In this document: piece after piece, positions 55,069 to 64,000 of the stretch
How the letters are laid out: each line of letters starts with the position of its first letter
Position numbering within the stretch: the stretch's first letter is position 1
Source of the DNA: Candidatus Daviesbacteria bacterium
GTDB lineage: Bacteria; Patescibacteriota; Microgenomatia; Daviesbacterales; UBA10151
NCBI GenBank assembly: GCA_028715175.1
Contig: JAQUSJ010000001.1
Location: forward strand, 472,368-536,367
Direction of reading: 5' to 3'
Length of the DNA: 64,000 nt
The notes under the pieces: model-generated
Seen by the model: only the letters and a program-made list of their open reading frames with translations
What the model was told of the DNA's origin: nothing
Databases searched by the model: none
Position numbers and translations under genes: made by a program

Positions 55069-55677
55069 ATGTTAAAGCCCTATGCTCCCAGATTGCATGA
55101 AATGATGAAGGAAGTGTTGATGAAACCGGATGCGTCTGGTCCGGAAATTCACTATTACATGGTCCGGGGCGGCAAAGACAAGACAAACATAACGGTTTGG
55201 GAAACAGGTACGGTGGGTGGTGAATATATTAAGACCTACGGACATTATCATGTTGGTCAGCTTGATGAAACATATCATGTAGCCGCCGGTGAAGGAATAG
55301 TTCTGCTGCAAGAGAGGAAGCTAGATTCCAAGGGCAATCCGATTGATGATGAAATAGAAACTTTTTATGCAATACCTGTAAAACCCGGGGACAGCATATT
55401 TATTCCTTCGGGTACCGGACATTTAATTGCAAATACCGGAAAGACTTGGCTGGTGATGGTTGATAATTCTCCTGTGAACTTTGAGGAAGTTGATCCGGTA
55501 TCTTTACCCGGTCATGCAGATTATGAACCGGTCAAAAAAATGCAGGGGTTTGCTTATTATGTGATTGAAGAGGATGGAAAACCAAAATTAGTGAAGAATC
55601 TCAAGTATAAAGTTGTTCCGGAACCAGTTTGGTTTACCCCTGAAGAATACGCCCAAAAAATTGCCTCAAAACCCTAG
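55069..55677 (+). CDS. cupin-type (archaeal-like) glucose-6-phosphate isomerase
   Basis: TYGHYH metal-binding motif and GTGHLIANTG cupin motif; about 200 aa as in cPGI. Confidence 0.55.
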   Translation: MLKPYAPRLHEMMKEVLMKPDASGPEIHYYMVRGGKDKTNITVWETGTVGGEYIKTYGHYHVGQLDETYHVAAGEGIVLLQERKLDSKGNPIDDEIETFYAIPVKPGDSIFIPSGTGHLIANTGKTWLVMVDNSPVNFEEVDPVSLPGHADYEPVKKMQGFAYYVIEEDGKPKLVKNLKYKVVPEPVWFTPEEYAQKIASKP

Positions 55678-55718
55678 GTGTAGCTTCACTCCTACCTCCG
55701 AGGTGGGATACAAATTGC

Positions 55719-56909
55719 TTATTCATATCTTAATGCCTGGATGGGATCTAAGCGGGCAGCACGGATAGCCGGAGCAACTCCAAAGATTATTCCCACCAGA
55801 GTAGAGAATCCAAAAGAGAGTAATACCGACCACCAGGGTACTGTGGTAGTAAAAAATCTGCCGACAATCAAAGATATTCCTACTCCTAAAACAATACCGA
55901 TAATTCCTCCAAAGCCGGATAAAATAATTGCCTCAACCAAAAATTGATTCCGAATATCGGAAGGTCTTGCTCCAACCGCCTTTCGCAACCCAATCTCCCG
56001 GGTTCTTTCCGTAACCGATACCAGCATGATATTCATGATTCCGATGCCTCCTACCAATAGCGATATTGCCGCAATTCCCCCCAATGCCGCTGTTAAAACT
56101 CCCGTAATTTGAGAAATGGTAGATAAGGTTTGCTCTTGGCTTTGTACAGTAAAATCATCTTCAGTTAAGCGTTTTTTCAAAATCGCTATAGCCTTTTTTT
56201 GAACGCTAGCAACATTACTGGAATTATTGGCCCCGATGTAAATGGTATTTAATCTGTCAATGCCGAATTGCCTTTGTGCTGTAGTAATCGGCATATAGAT
56301 TGAATTATCCTGGTCAATTCCAAAAATCGAACCTCTTGGTTCCAAAATACCTATTACGGTATACTTTTGGCCTGCCACATCAATTGACTGGTTTAATGGT
56401 TGGCCCTGGGCAAACAAATTATTCTTTACTGTTTGGCCGATCACGGCAACACGCCTCGCAGCTTGTTGATCAACTTCCCTGAAAAATCTTCCGCCGGATA
56501 GCTTAATGGAGATAATTTTGGGATAAGTTGCCTCGACTCCAAAAACAGCTGCTCCTTTATCATTTTTATTTTTGAATTGTAATGTTGCATTCTTTTGGAC
56601 AGCACCGGATATTTCTGCTTCACCTGCCAATTTCATTTTAAGATTTAGGGCATCTTGATATACCAGTTTGTTTTCCTGAATACCTCCTGGAGACCTTGCC
56701 CCTCCGACCCTGCCCGGAATAACAAACAACAAATTTGACCCTAAACCTTGAATTTGAGTTGTAATAAAGGTTTGAAGACCGGAAACAACAGCTATCAGTA
56801 AAATTACTGAAGTTACTCCAATAACTATGCCGAGGGTTGTTAAAAATGACCGCACTTTGTTAGCTAAAATTGCAGTAAAAGCTGATTTTATAGTTTGAAC
56901 AATTTCCAT
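55719..56909 (-). CDS. ABC transporter permease, MacB/FtsX family
   Basis: 396 aa; N-terminal TM + periplasmic MacB_PCD + C-terminal FtsX 3-TM domain. Confidence 0.85.
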   Translation of the reverse strand: MEIVQTIKSAFTAILANKVRSFLTTLGIVIGVTSVILLIAVVSGLQTFITTQIQGLGSNLLFVIPGRVGGARSPGGIQENKLVYQDALNLKMKLAGEAEISGAVQKNATLQFKNKNDKGAAVFGVEATYPKIISIKLSGGRFFREVDQQAARRVAVIGQTVKNNLFAQGQPLNQSIDVAGQKYTVIGILEPRGSIFGIDQDNSIYMPITTAQRQFGIDRLNTIYIGANNSSNVASVQKKAIAILKKRLTEDDFTVQSQEQTLSTISQITGVLTAALGGIAAISLLVGGIGIMNIMLVSVTERTREIGLRKAVGARPSDIRNQFLVEAIILSGFGGIIGIVLGVGISLIVGRFFTTTVPWWSVLLSFGFSTLVGIIFGVAPAIRAARLDPIQALRYE

Positions 56910-56910
56910 A

Positions 56911-57576
56911 TTAAGTTATTTCTCCATCCTTGATTTTGATAACTCTTCTGGCATTCTTAGCTATATCGGCTTCGTGGGTAATCATGACAATGGTTTTGCC
57001 TTGATTGTGTAGCTCCTGGAAAATTTTCATGATTTCCTGGCCAGATTTGGAATCCAGATTTCCTGTGGGTTCATCTGCCAAAATAATTTCCGGGTTATTC
57101 ACCAGTGCCCGGGCAATTGCTACCCTTTGCTGTTGGCCTCCGGAAAGCTGGCTTGGGCGGGAGTTAAGTTTATCGTCAAGCCCTACCTGCTCCAGGGCTT
57201 TTTTTGCCATATCTTTTCGCTTATCTTCCGAAACCCCTGCATAAATTAAAGGTATGGCTACATTATCCAAAGCAGATGTTCTTGGAAGTAGATTAAATGA
57301 TTGAAAAACAAAGCCTATTTTTTTATTTCTGATCCTTGCCGAGTTATCTTCTTTCAAACGAGAGGTATCTTGTCCGTCAAGTTCATATAATCCTGTTGTG
57401 GGTTTATCCAGCAAACCAATGATATTCATAAGTGTTGATTTTCCCGAACCTGAAGCCCCGATAATTGCTACGAATTCGCCTTTTTTAATATCCAGGTTGA
57501 TATTTTTCAAAGCCTGGAATTTTACTTCTCCTGAATTGTAGATTTTATTGATCTTTAAAAGTTTTACTAGAGTCAT
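56911..57576 (-). CDS. ABC transporter ATP-binding protein (MacB/LolD-like)
   Basis: Walker [10 protein letters not shown], signature [15 protein letters not shown], Walker B ILADEPT. Confidence 0.9.
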   Translation of the reverse strand: MTLVKLLKINKIYNSGEVKFQALKNINLDIKKGEFVAIIGASGSGKSTLMNIIGLLDKPTTGLYELDGQDTSRLKEDNSARIRNKKIGFVFQSFNLLPRTSALDNVAIPLIYAGVSEDKRKDMAKKALEQVGLDDKLNSRPSQLSGGQQQRVAIARALVNNPEIILADEPTGNLDSKSGQEIMKIFQELHNQGKTIVMITHEADIAKNARRVIKIKDGEIT

Positions 57577-58622
57577 TTTACATTTGTTGGTAATTTGGCG
57601 CCCGGAGCAGGGGGGTTTAGTAAAACGGTTTCTCCCTCACTCAGTCCATCTTTAATTTCTACATCTGTATCCGAACTGATTCCCGGAGTGACTTTTTGTA
57701 CGCTTAATGTATTGCCTTTTTTCAAAACAACACTATTGTCGTCACGTAAAGCTTCTTGCGAGATAGTCAGGACACTGCCTTCTTCTTTCGTTATAATTGA
57801 TACTTGTCCTGTTAAACCGTTTACTAAAGATAAATTCTGATCATTCAGTTTAATTCTGACAGTTACCACATTGGCTCCCTGCGTGGTAGTCTTTGTCTGG
57901 GGAATTATTCGGTCAACAATGCCTGTTAGTGTTTTATCCGGGTACGCATCTAAAGTTAGATCTGCTTTCATGCCCAAAGCAATGCTGCCGTAATCCGCTT
58001 CATCAATATCAGCATCAAAAAAAATGGCCGAAGTATCAACAACTTGAGCGATTAAGTCGGATTGAGAAACTATTTGGCCGGAAACTTCAATTGCCTGCGT
58101 CACTATTCCATTAATAGGTGAGATGATTACAGCATCCTGGAAAGCTCTTTGGGCAGCCTTCACAGCGTCAAATGCAGAGTCTCTGGCAGCTTGGGCAGTA
58201 GTTCTGGTTACTTTTTGGGCGAATGATTCATCGCTTGAGTGATCTTTAACATCATCTTCGGCTTTCTGCGCAATTGCCTGTTTGTCTCTTAAAGTATTTT
58301 GTGCTTGCTGAAGGGCAATAGCAAGATCCTGAGTATCCAGTCCGGCAATAACTTGACCGGCATAAACTTTATCTCCGGCTTTAACATTTGAGTAACTCAA
58401 TTTTCCTGATGATTTAAACTTCAAATTGACAGTATTTTTACCTGTTAACGTACCGGAGGATGAAACAGTAGCTTTGATATCCTGTTTTTTAACATTTGCA
58501 AATTGTAATGGGGTTTCTTTCTTTTGGCCGAAAAAATAAAAGCCTGTTATTGCTGCTATGATTAAAAGACCCAGTATAAAGATTTTCTTTTTACCGGGTT
58601 TTAAGATATCCGGAATTCGCAT
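57573..58622 (-). CDS. HlyD/MacA family periplasmic adaptor
   Basis: N-terminal TM; coiled-coil hairpin and beta-barrel/lipoyl-like segments; translationally coupled to the ABC genes. Confidence 0.8.
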   Translation of the reverse strand: MRIPDILKPGKKKIFILGLLIIAAITGFYFFGQKKETPLQFANVKKQDIKATVSSSGTLTGKNTVNLKFKSSGKLSYSNVKAGDKVYAGQVIAGLDTQDLAIALQQAQNTLRDKQAIAQKAEDDVKDHSSDESFAQKVTRTTAQAARDSAFDAVKAAQRAFQDAVIISPINGIVTQAIEVSGQIVSQSDLIAQVVDTSAIFFDADIDEADYGSIALGMKADLTLDAYPDKTLTGIVDRIIPQTKTTTQGANVVTVRIKLNDQNLSLVNGLTGQVSIITKEEGSVLTISQEALRDDNSVVLKKGNTLSVQKVTPGISSDTDVEIKDGLSEGETVLLNPPAPGAKLPTNVK

Positions 58623-58638
58623 GATCCGTGTATTTTAA

Positions 58639-59232
58639 TCATTTCCTGATTAAGTTGCAAACGCGGCTTACAGCTTCATCCAGTTTACCGGGGATATTTT
58701 CAACAACAAAATCATAGCTATCTTTAAACTCTTGCCAAAATTTGGCATCTTCACTCATTCTTTTGGCAATTTCTTCTTCCCTTAAACCGCGCTTTTTTAA
58801 CCTTGTTAAAACAACATCATCATTGACAGTTAAATAGATTACCTTGACTTTTTTTAACAAATCTTCAGCCAAGTTAGGTTCAAAAGAGTCTTTTATAAAT
58901 TTTCTAATTTGGCCGGCTCTAGATGGATCTATCCTCCAGATTAAATTTTTATGCAAATTGTTGGTAATTTGAGATTTCTCAGTGCCATATAAATTCCCTC
59001 CGTACTCCACATATTCAATGAAGTCACCCTTGTCTATTTTTTCTCTAAAATCCGGCTCAGAGATAAAATTGTAGTCCACGCCATTTTTCTCTCCAGGTCT
59101 TAGATGTCTTGAAGTAGTGGTAATTACTCTTTCAAAACCAGGGAATCTAGAAAGAAGCTTAGCCATTACAGTATCCTTACCCGAAGCTGTTTTTCCGGTG
59201 AGAACTACCAGAAGTTTAGAAGATTGTTCCAC
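58639..59232 (-). CDS. gmk: guanylate kinase
   Basis: TTTSR..RPGE..GVDY.F.S...F...I....F.E.....GN.YGT pattern. Confidence 0.8.
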   Translation of the reverse strand: MEQSSKLLVVLTGKTASGKDTVMAKLLSRFPGFERVITTTSRHLRPGEKNGVDYNFISEPDFREKIDKGDFIEYVEYGGNLYGTEKSQITNNLHKNLIWRIDPSRAGQIRKFIKDSFEPNLAEDLLKKVKVIYLTVNDDVVLTRLKKRGLREEEIAKRMSEDAKFWQEFKDSYDFVVENIPGKLDEAVSRVCNLIRK

Positions 59233-59235
59233 TTC

Positions 59236-59595
59236 TTAATTATGGTCAATGGAGATTAATTTTTCAATAGTATGATCTTTATAGATAATCTTGCGGTGCT
59301 CTTTGGGCAAAGTCAATCCGTGGATGATTCCGCCCAAAAGAATGCCTTTGGTAACAATGTAATCGACTACGCCGAGGGACACGAAAAATGAAACCAGGAG
59401 AATTACAGAAAAATATATCCAGTGATGAAAATGTATCACTCTGCCAAATATTTTAACTCTTAGCACAGGAAAAACCTGGACTCTTTTTGTCTTAATGCTT
59501 GGCATTTTCCTTCTGATTCGTGAAGTCGGGTGAGTTACTGTTCTGGATGCTAAATAACCTAGTGCCGTAGCTGGTATTAATGATAAATATTCCAT
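59236..59595 (-). CDS. hypothetical membrane protein
   Basis: 119-aa ORF with two hydrophobic segments. Confidence 0.3.
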   Translation of the reverse strand: MEYLSLIPATALGYLASRTVTHPTSRIRRKMPSIKTKRVQVFPVLRVKIFGRVIHFHHWIYFSVILLVSFFVSLGVVDYIVTKGILLGGIIHGLTLPKEHRKIIYKDHTIEKLISIDHN

Positions 59596-59635
59596 AAACT
59601 AACCATGTATATATGGTACTAAAAACAGCTTCCCT

Positions 59636-59911
59636 ATGCAAATTCTAAAGCGTGGTATAATAACTTCCGTGAACACGACGCAAGACTTTTTAAACATTAT
59701 ATTGACTTTAGGACTTCTTGTTATAACAGTCTGTATAGTTTATGTTTCCTATTATTTGGTGAAGGCTCTAAAATCGGTTACCAATCTTTCGGATTCTCTG
59801 GAAGATACGGCTCAGGGCATAAAAGATAAAATTCAAATTAAGGCATTGGCTGCAATTCCTGCTCTTTTAGTAGCTATTGCCGGAAAAATAATCAAAAAGA
59901 AAAGGGGGTGA
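59636..59911 (+). CDS. small membrane protein (DUF948-like, tentative)
   Basis: 91 aa, single TM then an amphipathic helix. Confidence 0.3.
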   Translation: MQILKRGIITSVNTTQDFLNIILTLGLLVITVCIVYVSYYLVKALKSVTNLSDSLEDTAQGIKDKIQIKALAAIPALLVAIAGKIIKKKRG

Positions 59912-59915
59912 GTTT

Positions 59916-60176
59916 ATGACAGAAGAAAATAAAGGTCCAAATCCGCTGGCAACCGGTGTGGCTGGCGCAATTATTGGCGCCGCAGCCGCAGCCGCAGCTA
60001 TCGCTCTTTCGGATGAGAAAAATAGGAAAAAAGCAGAAAAAGTTTTAGAGGGTTTACAAAAAGAAGGCAATAAAGTCTTAAAAGAAATCAGTAAAAAGGC
60101 GATGGAGATAAAAGATTCAGTCAGCCGGACTCAAGAAGTGAAAGAAACCAAAAAATTAAAAGCTAAAGGAAAGTAG
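59916..60176 (+). CDS. YtxH-like small protein (Gly/Ala-rich TM + coiled-coil)
   Basis: GVAGAIIGAAAAAAAIAL segment followed by a K/E-rich helix; RBS aaaagggggtg 6 nt upstream. Confidence 0.4.
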   Translation: MTEENKGPNPLATGVAGAIIGAAAAAAAIALSDEKNRKKAEKVLEGLQKEGNKVLKEISKKAMEIKDSVSRTQEVKETKKLKAKGK

Positions 60177-60590
60177 GATTATTTGGTATACTTAAAAATA
60201 TATGTTTATTCAAAGTCGGCCTAATGCTTTTTTCGTGGTAATTTTCCTGTCAATTATAGTTATTTTTCTTTATAGTTTGGGTTTGCTTCATTTTCTTGCC
60301 TGCAGCAGCCAAAACCCAACTCTTTTCTCTGTTTTGGGCTTCATTGAGAGTGTTTTAGGTATTTCGTATCCGCTGGGTACAAGAGTCATTAGCACCTATA
60401 TGCCCTTAACAAATTGCAGTTTCTAATTTCTGGTGAAAATTATGCCCACTGTCTTTTATAGAGAGGGTGTGCTATACTTAATAATAGTTGATTTAGAATT
60501 TTAAGCTACAGAGATCATTTTTTCCTCTAAGGACTGACTTTTCAAGTAGCTCCTGATATTTTTAAATATTAGTTTTCTTTTTCATACCTT

Positions 60591-61880
60591 ATGTACAACA
60601 GTAATCGATATAAGCATAGCTTGAAATCTTCGCTACGCTCAAATTATAGAAACAGAGTATCAATCCGCCATAGCGGTTCAGGTAATGGATTTTCCGGATC
60701 CTCTCGCAGAGGCAGGTTTGGTAATCCCGGATTCTCTTCAAATAACAGACAAAACACCCAAAGAAAGAGCCAGCTTGAAGGGGCAGACATTAACATGTTT
60801 ATCCGTAAATCCTGCCAAAATACTTTTGAACCGGAACAAAATACTGCTCAAACCTTTCAGAATTTTAACCTTAATCCAATTTTAAAACAAAATATAGCGG
60901 ATAAAGGCTACCTGCAACCCACCCCAATTCAACTTCAAGCGATAAACCCTATTTTAGAAGGCCGTGATGTAATTGGTCTTGCTTCCACAGGCACAGGAAA
61001 AACAGCTGCTTTCCTTATCCCTCTTATTCATAAAATCTATCTTAATGAAAGTCAAAAGGTATTAATTGTTGTTCCAACCAGGGAATTGGCCCTGCAAATT
61101 CAGGAGGAATTTAAGAATTTAAGCCGGAATATGAATTTGTATTCGGCATTTATAATCGGCGGAACCAATATGCGAAGACAAATTCAGGACCTGAGAAGAA
61201 ATCCGCACCTGGTAATCGCAACACCCGGACGCTTGAAAGATCTGATAGAGCGGAAAGCCATATTCCTGGATGATTTTCCCAATATTGTTTTAGATGAAGT
61301 AGATTTGATGGTAGATATAGGGTTTATCAGGGATGTTAAATTTTTTATCTCACTCATGCCAAAGGCGCGCCAGTCACTTTTTTTCTCTGCAACAATTCCA
61401 CCAAAAGTACAGGATATTCTTCAATCCTTTGTTACCAATCCAATAACTATTTCAATAAAGAAACAGGATACGCCGGAAAATGTTACGCAGGATGTTGTAA
61501 GGGTAGAGAAAATGGAAAAAAAGATAGACCAGCTTCATGATATATTAATTAAAGACGGTTTTGACAAAGTGCTGATCTTCGGCAGAACTAAACACGGGAT
61601 TGAAAAACTCAATAGGGAGTTGGAATCCCGGGGTTTTAAAGTGGGGGCAATTCACGGAAATAAAAGACAAAGTCAAAGACAAAGGGTCTTGCAGAGTTTT
61701 AAAGCTTCAGAAATACAAATCCTTTTAGCCACAGACTTAGCCTCCCGTGGTTTAGATATAGATAATGTTACACACGTTATAAACTATGATCTTCCTCAAA
61801 CTTATGATGATTATATTCACAGAATTGGAAGAACAGGCAGAGCCGGAAAAACAGGTTTTGCTCTGACATTTGTCAGTTAA
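60591..61880 (+). CDS. DEAD-box ATP-dependent RNA helicase with an RG/S-rich N-terminal extension
   Basis: Q motif, ASTGTGKTAAF, PTRELALQ, DEVD, SAT, HRIGRTGRAG; alternative start at ATG 60795 with an AGGGG RBS. Confidence 0.9.
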   Translation: MYNSNRYKHSLKSSLRSNYRNRVSIRHSGSGNGFSGSSRRGRFGNPGFSSNNRQNTQRKSQLEGADINMFIRKSCQNTFEPEQNTAQTFQNFNLNPILKQNIADKGYLQPTPIQLQAINPILEGRDVIGLASTGTGKTAAFLIPLIHKIYLNESQKVLIVVPTRELALQIQEEFKNLSRNMNLYSAFIIGGTNMRRQIQDLRRNPHLVIATPGRLKDLIERKAIFLDDFPNIVLDEVDLMVDIGFIRDVKFFISLMPKARQSLFFSATIPPKVQDILQSFVTNPITISIKKQDTPENVTQDVVRVEKMEKKIDQLHDILIKDGFDKVLIFGRTKHGIEKLNRELESRGFKVGAIHGNKRQSQRQRVLQSFKASEIQILLATDLASRGLDIDNVTHVINYDLPQTYDDYIHRIGRTGRAGKTGFALTFVS

Positions 61881-61898
61881 TAGTGTTATACTAAGTCA

Positions 61899-62348
61899 GT
61901 GCAAACCTCCTTTTATGCAAGCGGATTCCTTTACAGCCTCAAAACCCACCAGATTCTTTTGTTAAAATCCCAACAGAAAGACAGCACGGATTTTTTATGG
62001 TCTACCCTGGGAGGGGAAAGCAGCGATGGGGAAGAGGCTCAAACCGCTTTTCAACGGATTATAAATGAGTCATTGAACTTGAATCTTAAAACAAAAGATA
62101 TTTATCCGGTCTATGATTACTTTTACGACGCAAGGGATAAAATTAATTATGTGTTTTATGCTGAAGTACAAAGTCCCAAAGAATTCGATTCTTTTAAAGG
62201 AGATGCTTTTTCGTGGGTGGCCTTTGGTGAAATAGCCAAACTTCCATTTACCACCCGTACCAAACAGGATGTTATAGTTGGCGAGCGTGTTATTAGTGCT
62301 AAATGGAGAGAAGATGAGGCTAAAAAGAATGGACCAAGCCTCATTTGA
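61899..62348 (+). CDS. NUDIX-like protein with a degenerate Nudix box
   Basis: GGESSDGEEAQTAFQRIINESLNL approximates GX5EX7REUXEEXGU with substitutions. Confidence 0.35.
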   Translation: MQTSFYASGFLYSLKTHQILLLKSQQKDSTDFLWSTLGGESSDGEEAQTAFQRIINESLNLNLKTKDIYPVYDYFYDARDKINYVFYAEVQSPKEFDSFKGDAFSWVAFGEIAKLPFTTRTKQDVIVGERVISAKWREDEAKKNGPSLI

Positions 62349-62358
62349 CAGATAAGGG

Positions 62359-63105
62359 TTATTTAACTGCTGAAAAAGTAATACTTGATGCATATTCCGG
62401 TAAAAAGGCTGGAATTTCTTTGTGAATGGTGAGATTTGAAAATCCGGCACTTACAAGAAGTCTTAGATAATCTTGTTTCAAAATCGCACCGCTGACACAA
62501 CCTATTAGCAAGTCTTTATCATCTTTTAACTCATCAGGTAAGGGTTTTATTAAGACAACATCAGAAACCATCAATCTTCCACCAGTTTTTAATACTCTGT
62601 ATGCTTCTTTAAACACTTTTTCTTTATTGGGAGCTAAATTTATAACGCAGTTTGAGATAACTACATTGACTGAGCTATCTTCAACCGGCAGGTGCTCAAT
62701 ATCTCCTTTCCTAAACTCAACATTTGTAAAACCGCCCTTTTTAGCATTTTCCCTGGCTTTTTCCAGCATCTCATCTGTCATATCAACTCCAATCACCTTA
62801 CCGGTATTACCAACTCTTGAGGCAGCTAAAAAGGCATCAAAACCAGCTCCGGAGCCTAAATCCAAAACCACCTCACCTGGCTTTAATGAGGCAATCGCAA
62901 CAGGATTACCACAACCTAACCCTAAGTTTGAACCATCAGGAGCTTGTTTCATTTCATCTTGCGAATAACCCATCTGTCCTGACTGTAATTGAGCTGTTTG
63001 GTTAGCATTGGAGCAGCAACTTTTGCTTCCACAACACCCTGAAGTCTTGGCAATATTACCATACGACTGTTTAACTATTTTTTTAATATCCCGGGGACTA
63101 CTCAT
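62359..63105 (-). CDS. arsM: arsenite S-adenosylmethionine methyltransferase
   Basis: [23 protein letters not shown] motif plus conserved Cys pairs (CCGS, CC) typical of ArsM. Confidence 0.8.
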   Translation of the reverse strand: MSSPRDIKKIVKQSYGNIAKTSGCCGSKSCCSNANQTAQLQSGQMGYSQDEMKQAPDGSNLGLGCGNPVAIASLKPGEVVLDLGSGAGFDAFLAASRVGNTGKVIGVDMTDEMLEKARENAKKGGFTNVEFRKGDIEHLPVEDSSVNVVISNCVINLAPNKEKVFKEAYRVLKTGGRLMVSDVVLIKPLPDELKDDKDLLIGCVSGAILKQDYLRLLVSAGFSNLTIHKEIPAFLPEYASSITFSAVK

Positions 63106-63587
63106 ATGTTGATTTTAGATAAAGAGTATAACCATTTGCTGTTTAAAAATAAATAGGTGGTATTAAAATTAAAGCTAATAAGCTCTTATAGCTATTACCC
63201 TGGTATAGCCCTAAAGTCTAAATCAGATGGTGAAAAACCAACACCAACTTCTAGTACTCTGGCTACTCCAGCTTTATTTAGAGCTTCAGCTAAATTATCA
63301 GTTCCCATAAAACTTGTTATATCTCTAAGGTCAGCTCTAATAGGAATTTCTTTTCTCATAATAGTAGAAATTATAAAGAATTCGAGGAAATAATGCAACC
63401 TATAGTTGATGGGTGGCTGGGCAGATTATAATTCTGAGTGAAGAATTTACTTCGTACCCAGATAAAGGAATTTCAGCCTGTTTATATGATTACAGATTAT
63501 TCATATAAATATGAAAAATGAATGTTTAAATGCTTGATATAGATAATCTATCTTGTCTTTTCGAAGTTTTGGAGTTAACATAAATTT

Positions 63588-63878
63588 ATGGATGAGAATA
63601 AGTTAAAAACAATAGTTGAGGAAGTTGTAAATAAAGCTGTAGATCCTATAAAAGAGGATTTAGCTGGAGTTAAACAAGACTTGAGTGGAGTTAAGGAAAC
63701 ACTAGAGGACCATACTAGGAAATTAGAAGCTTTGTCAGGAGATATGGAACAGGTTCTTTCGGAAGTAAAAGCCACACATGATGAAATAGGCCTTTGGCAT
63801 CAAAGAGACAAAAGAGAAATTGATCAAATCAAAAAACACCTGGATTTACCTCTCATACCAGATATACCCCAAGCTTAA
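63588..63878 (+). CDS. hypothetical coiled-coil protein
   Basis: 96-aa ORF, heptad-like K/E-rich sequence. Confidence 0.3.
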   Translation: MDENKLKTIVEEVVNKAVDPIKEDLAGVKQDLSGVKETLEDHTRKLEALSGDMEQVLSEVKATHDEIGLWHQRDKREIDQIKKHLDLPLIPDIPQA

Positions 63879-64000
63879 GACAATTAGACTTACTTCATAC
63901 CAACTACAAGAATTTAAGCCTATTTATAGGATTCCAGATTATCGCTTAGGATATGAGTGATTTGCATTGATTTATAGCTTGCAGTAAAATCCCAGCATAT

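Noticed and set aside
63157-63398. Overlapping opposite-strand ORFs (78 and 67 aa) upstream of arsM
   Set aside because: Mutually exclusive. Neither has an RBS or recognisable domain. The minus-strand one (…GTDNLAEALNKAGVARVLEVG…) could be a fragment of a disrupted gene, but evidence is insufficient to call a feature.

Overview
This 64 kb window is an AT-rich, gene-dense bacterial chromosome segment. Most proteins are lysine-rich and genes often overlap by 1-4 nt. The gene set suggests a small-genome, Gram-positive-like or CPR/Patescibacteria-like organism; I cannot verify taxonomy. Supporting features are a sortase with an LPXTG substrate, an ECF sigma with a DUF5667-type anti-sigma, a free-standing 85-aa GIY-YIG gene and a small PaaX-like regulator.

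Core content:
- Replication and repair: dnaE, uvrB, uvrA, a short uvrC, and lexA.
- Translation: the 3' part of gatB, rplS, rsmI, typA, and a DEAD-box helicase.
- RNA genes: four tRNAs (Glu-TTC, Lys-TTT, Lys-CTT, Arg-TCG) plus two tRNA fragments.
- Sugar and pentose-phosphate cluster: ROK glucokinase, short-form gnd, zwf, a cupin-type phosphoglucose isomerase, and an inositol monophosphatase.
- Transport: corA and a MacAB/HlyD-like efflux system.
- Envelope locus: ECF sigma, anti-sigma, a 1640-aa LPXTG surface protein, and sortase.
- Signalling: a tightly coupled operon of Crp/Fnr, a Methyltransf_33-like enzyme, a PAS histidine kinase and a stand-alone receiver.

Noteworthy non-genic structure:
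- A 27-bp GC-rich palindromic element, GCTTCGCAAGGGGACGCCTTGCGAAGC and variants, is present in 7 copies. Four sit in-frame inside housekeeping genes, in different frames and orientations, and three overlap gene ends.
- A 63-bp element with terminal inverted repeats is inserted in-frame in uvrA and also lies just upstream of uvrA.
- tRNA-associated integration scars: a duplicated tRNA-Glu 3' end, and a GIY-YIG cassette flanked by 22-bp repeats of tRNA-Lys.
- A diverged duplicate of the dedA 3' end flanks a 1.4 kb insertion that carries a compositionally atypical 454-aa ORF.
- CRP-consensus-like sites (TGTGA-N6-TCACA) at two loci.
- An intrinsic-terminator attenuator in the corA leader, a riboswitch candidate.
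- Two 38-bp nested palindromes flank the PaaX-like regulator gene.

Caveat: the supplied ORF track translates some non-ATG starts (TTG, GTG) as M. Several starts were moved to the nearest ATG, noted per feature. No rRNA, CRISPR array or recognisable transposase or integrase was found.
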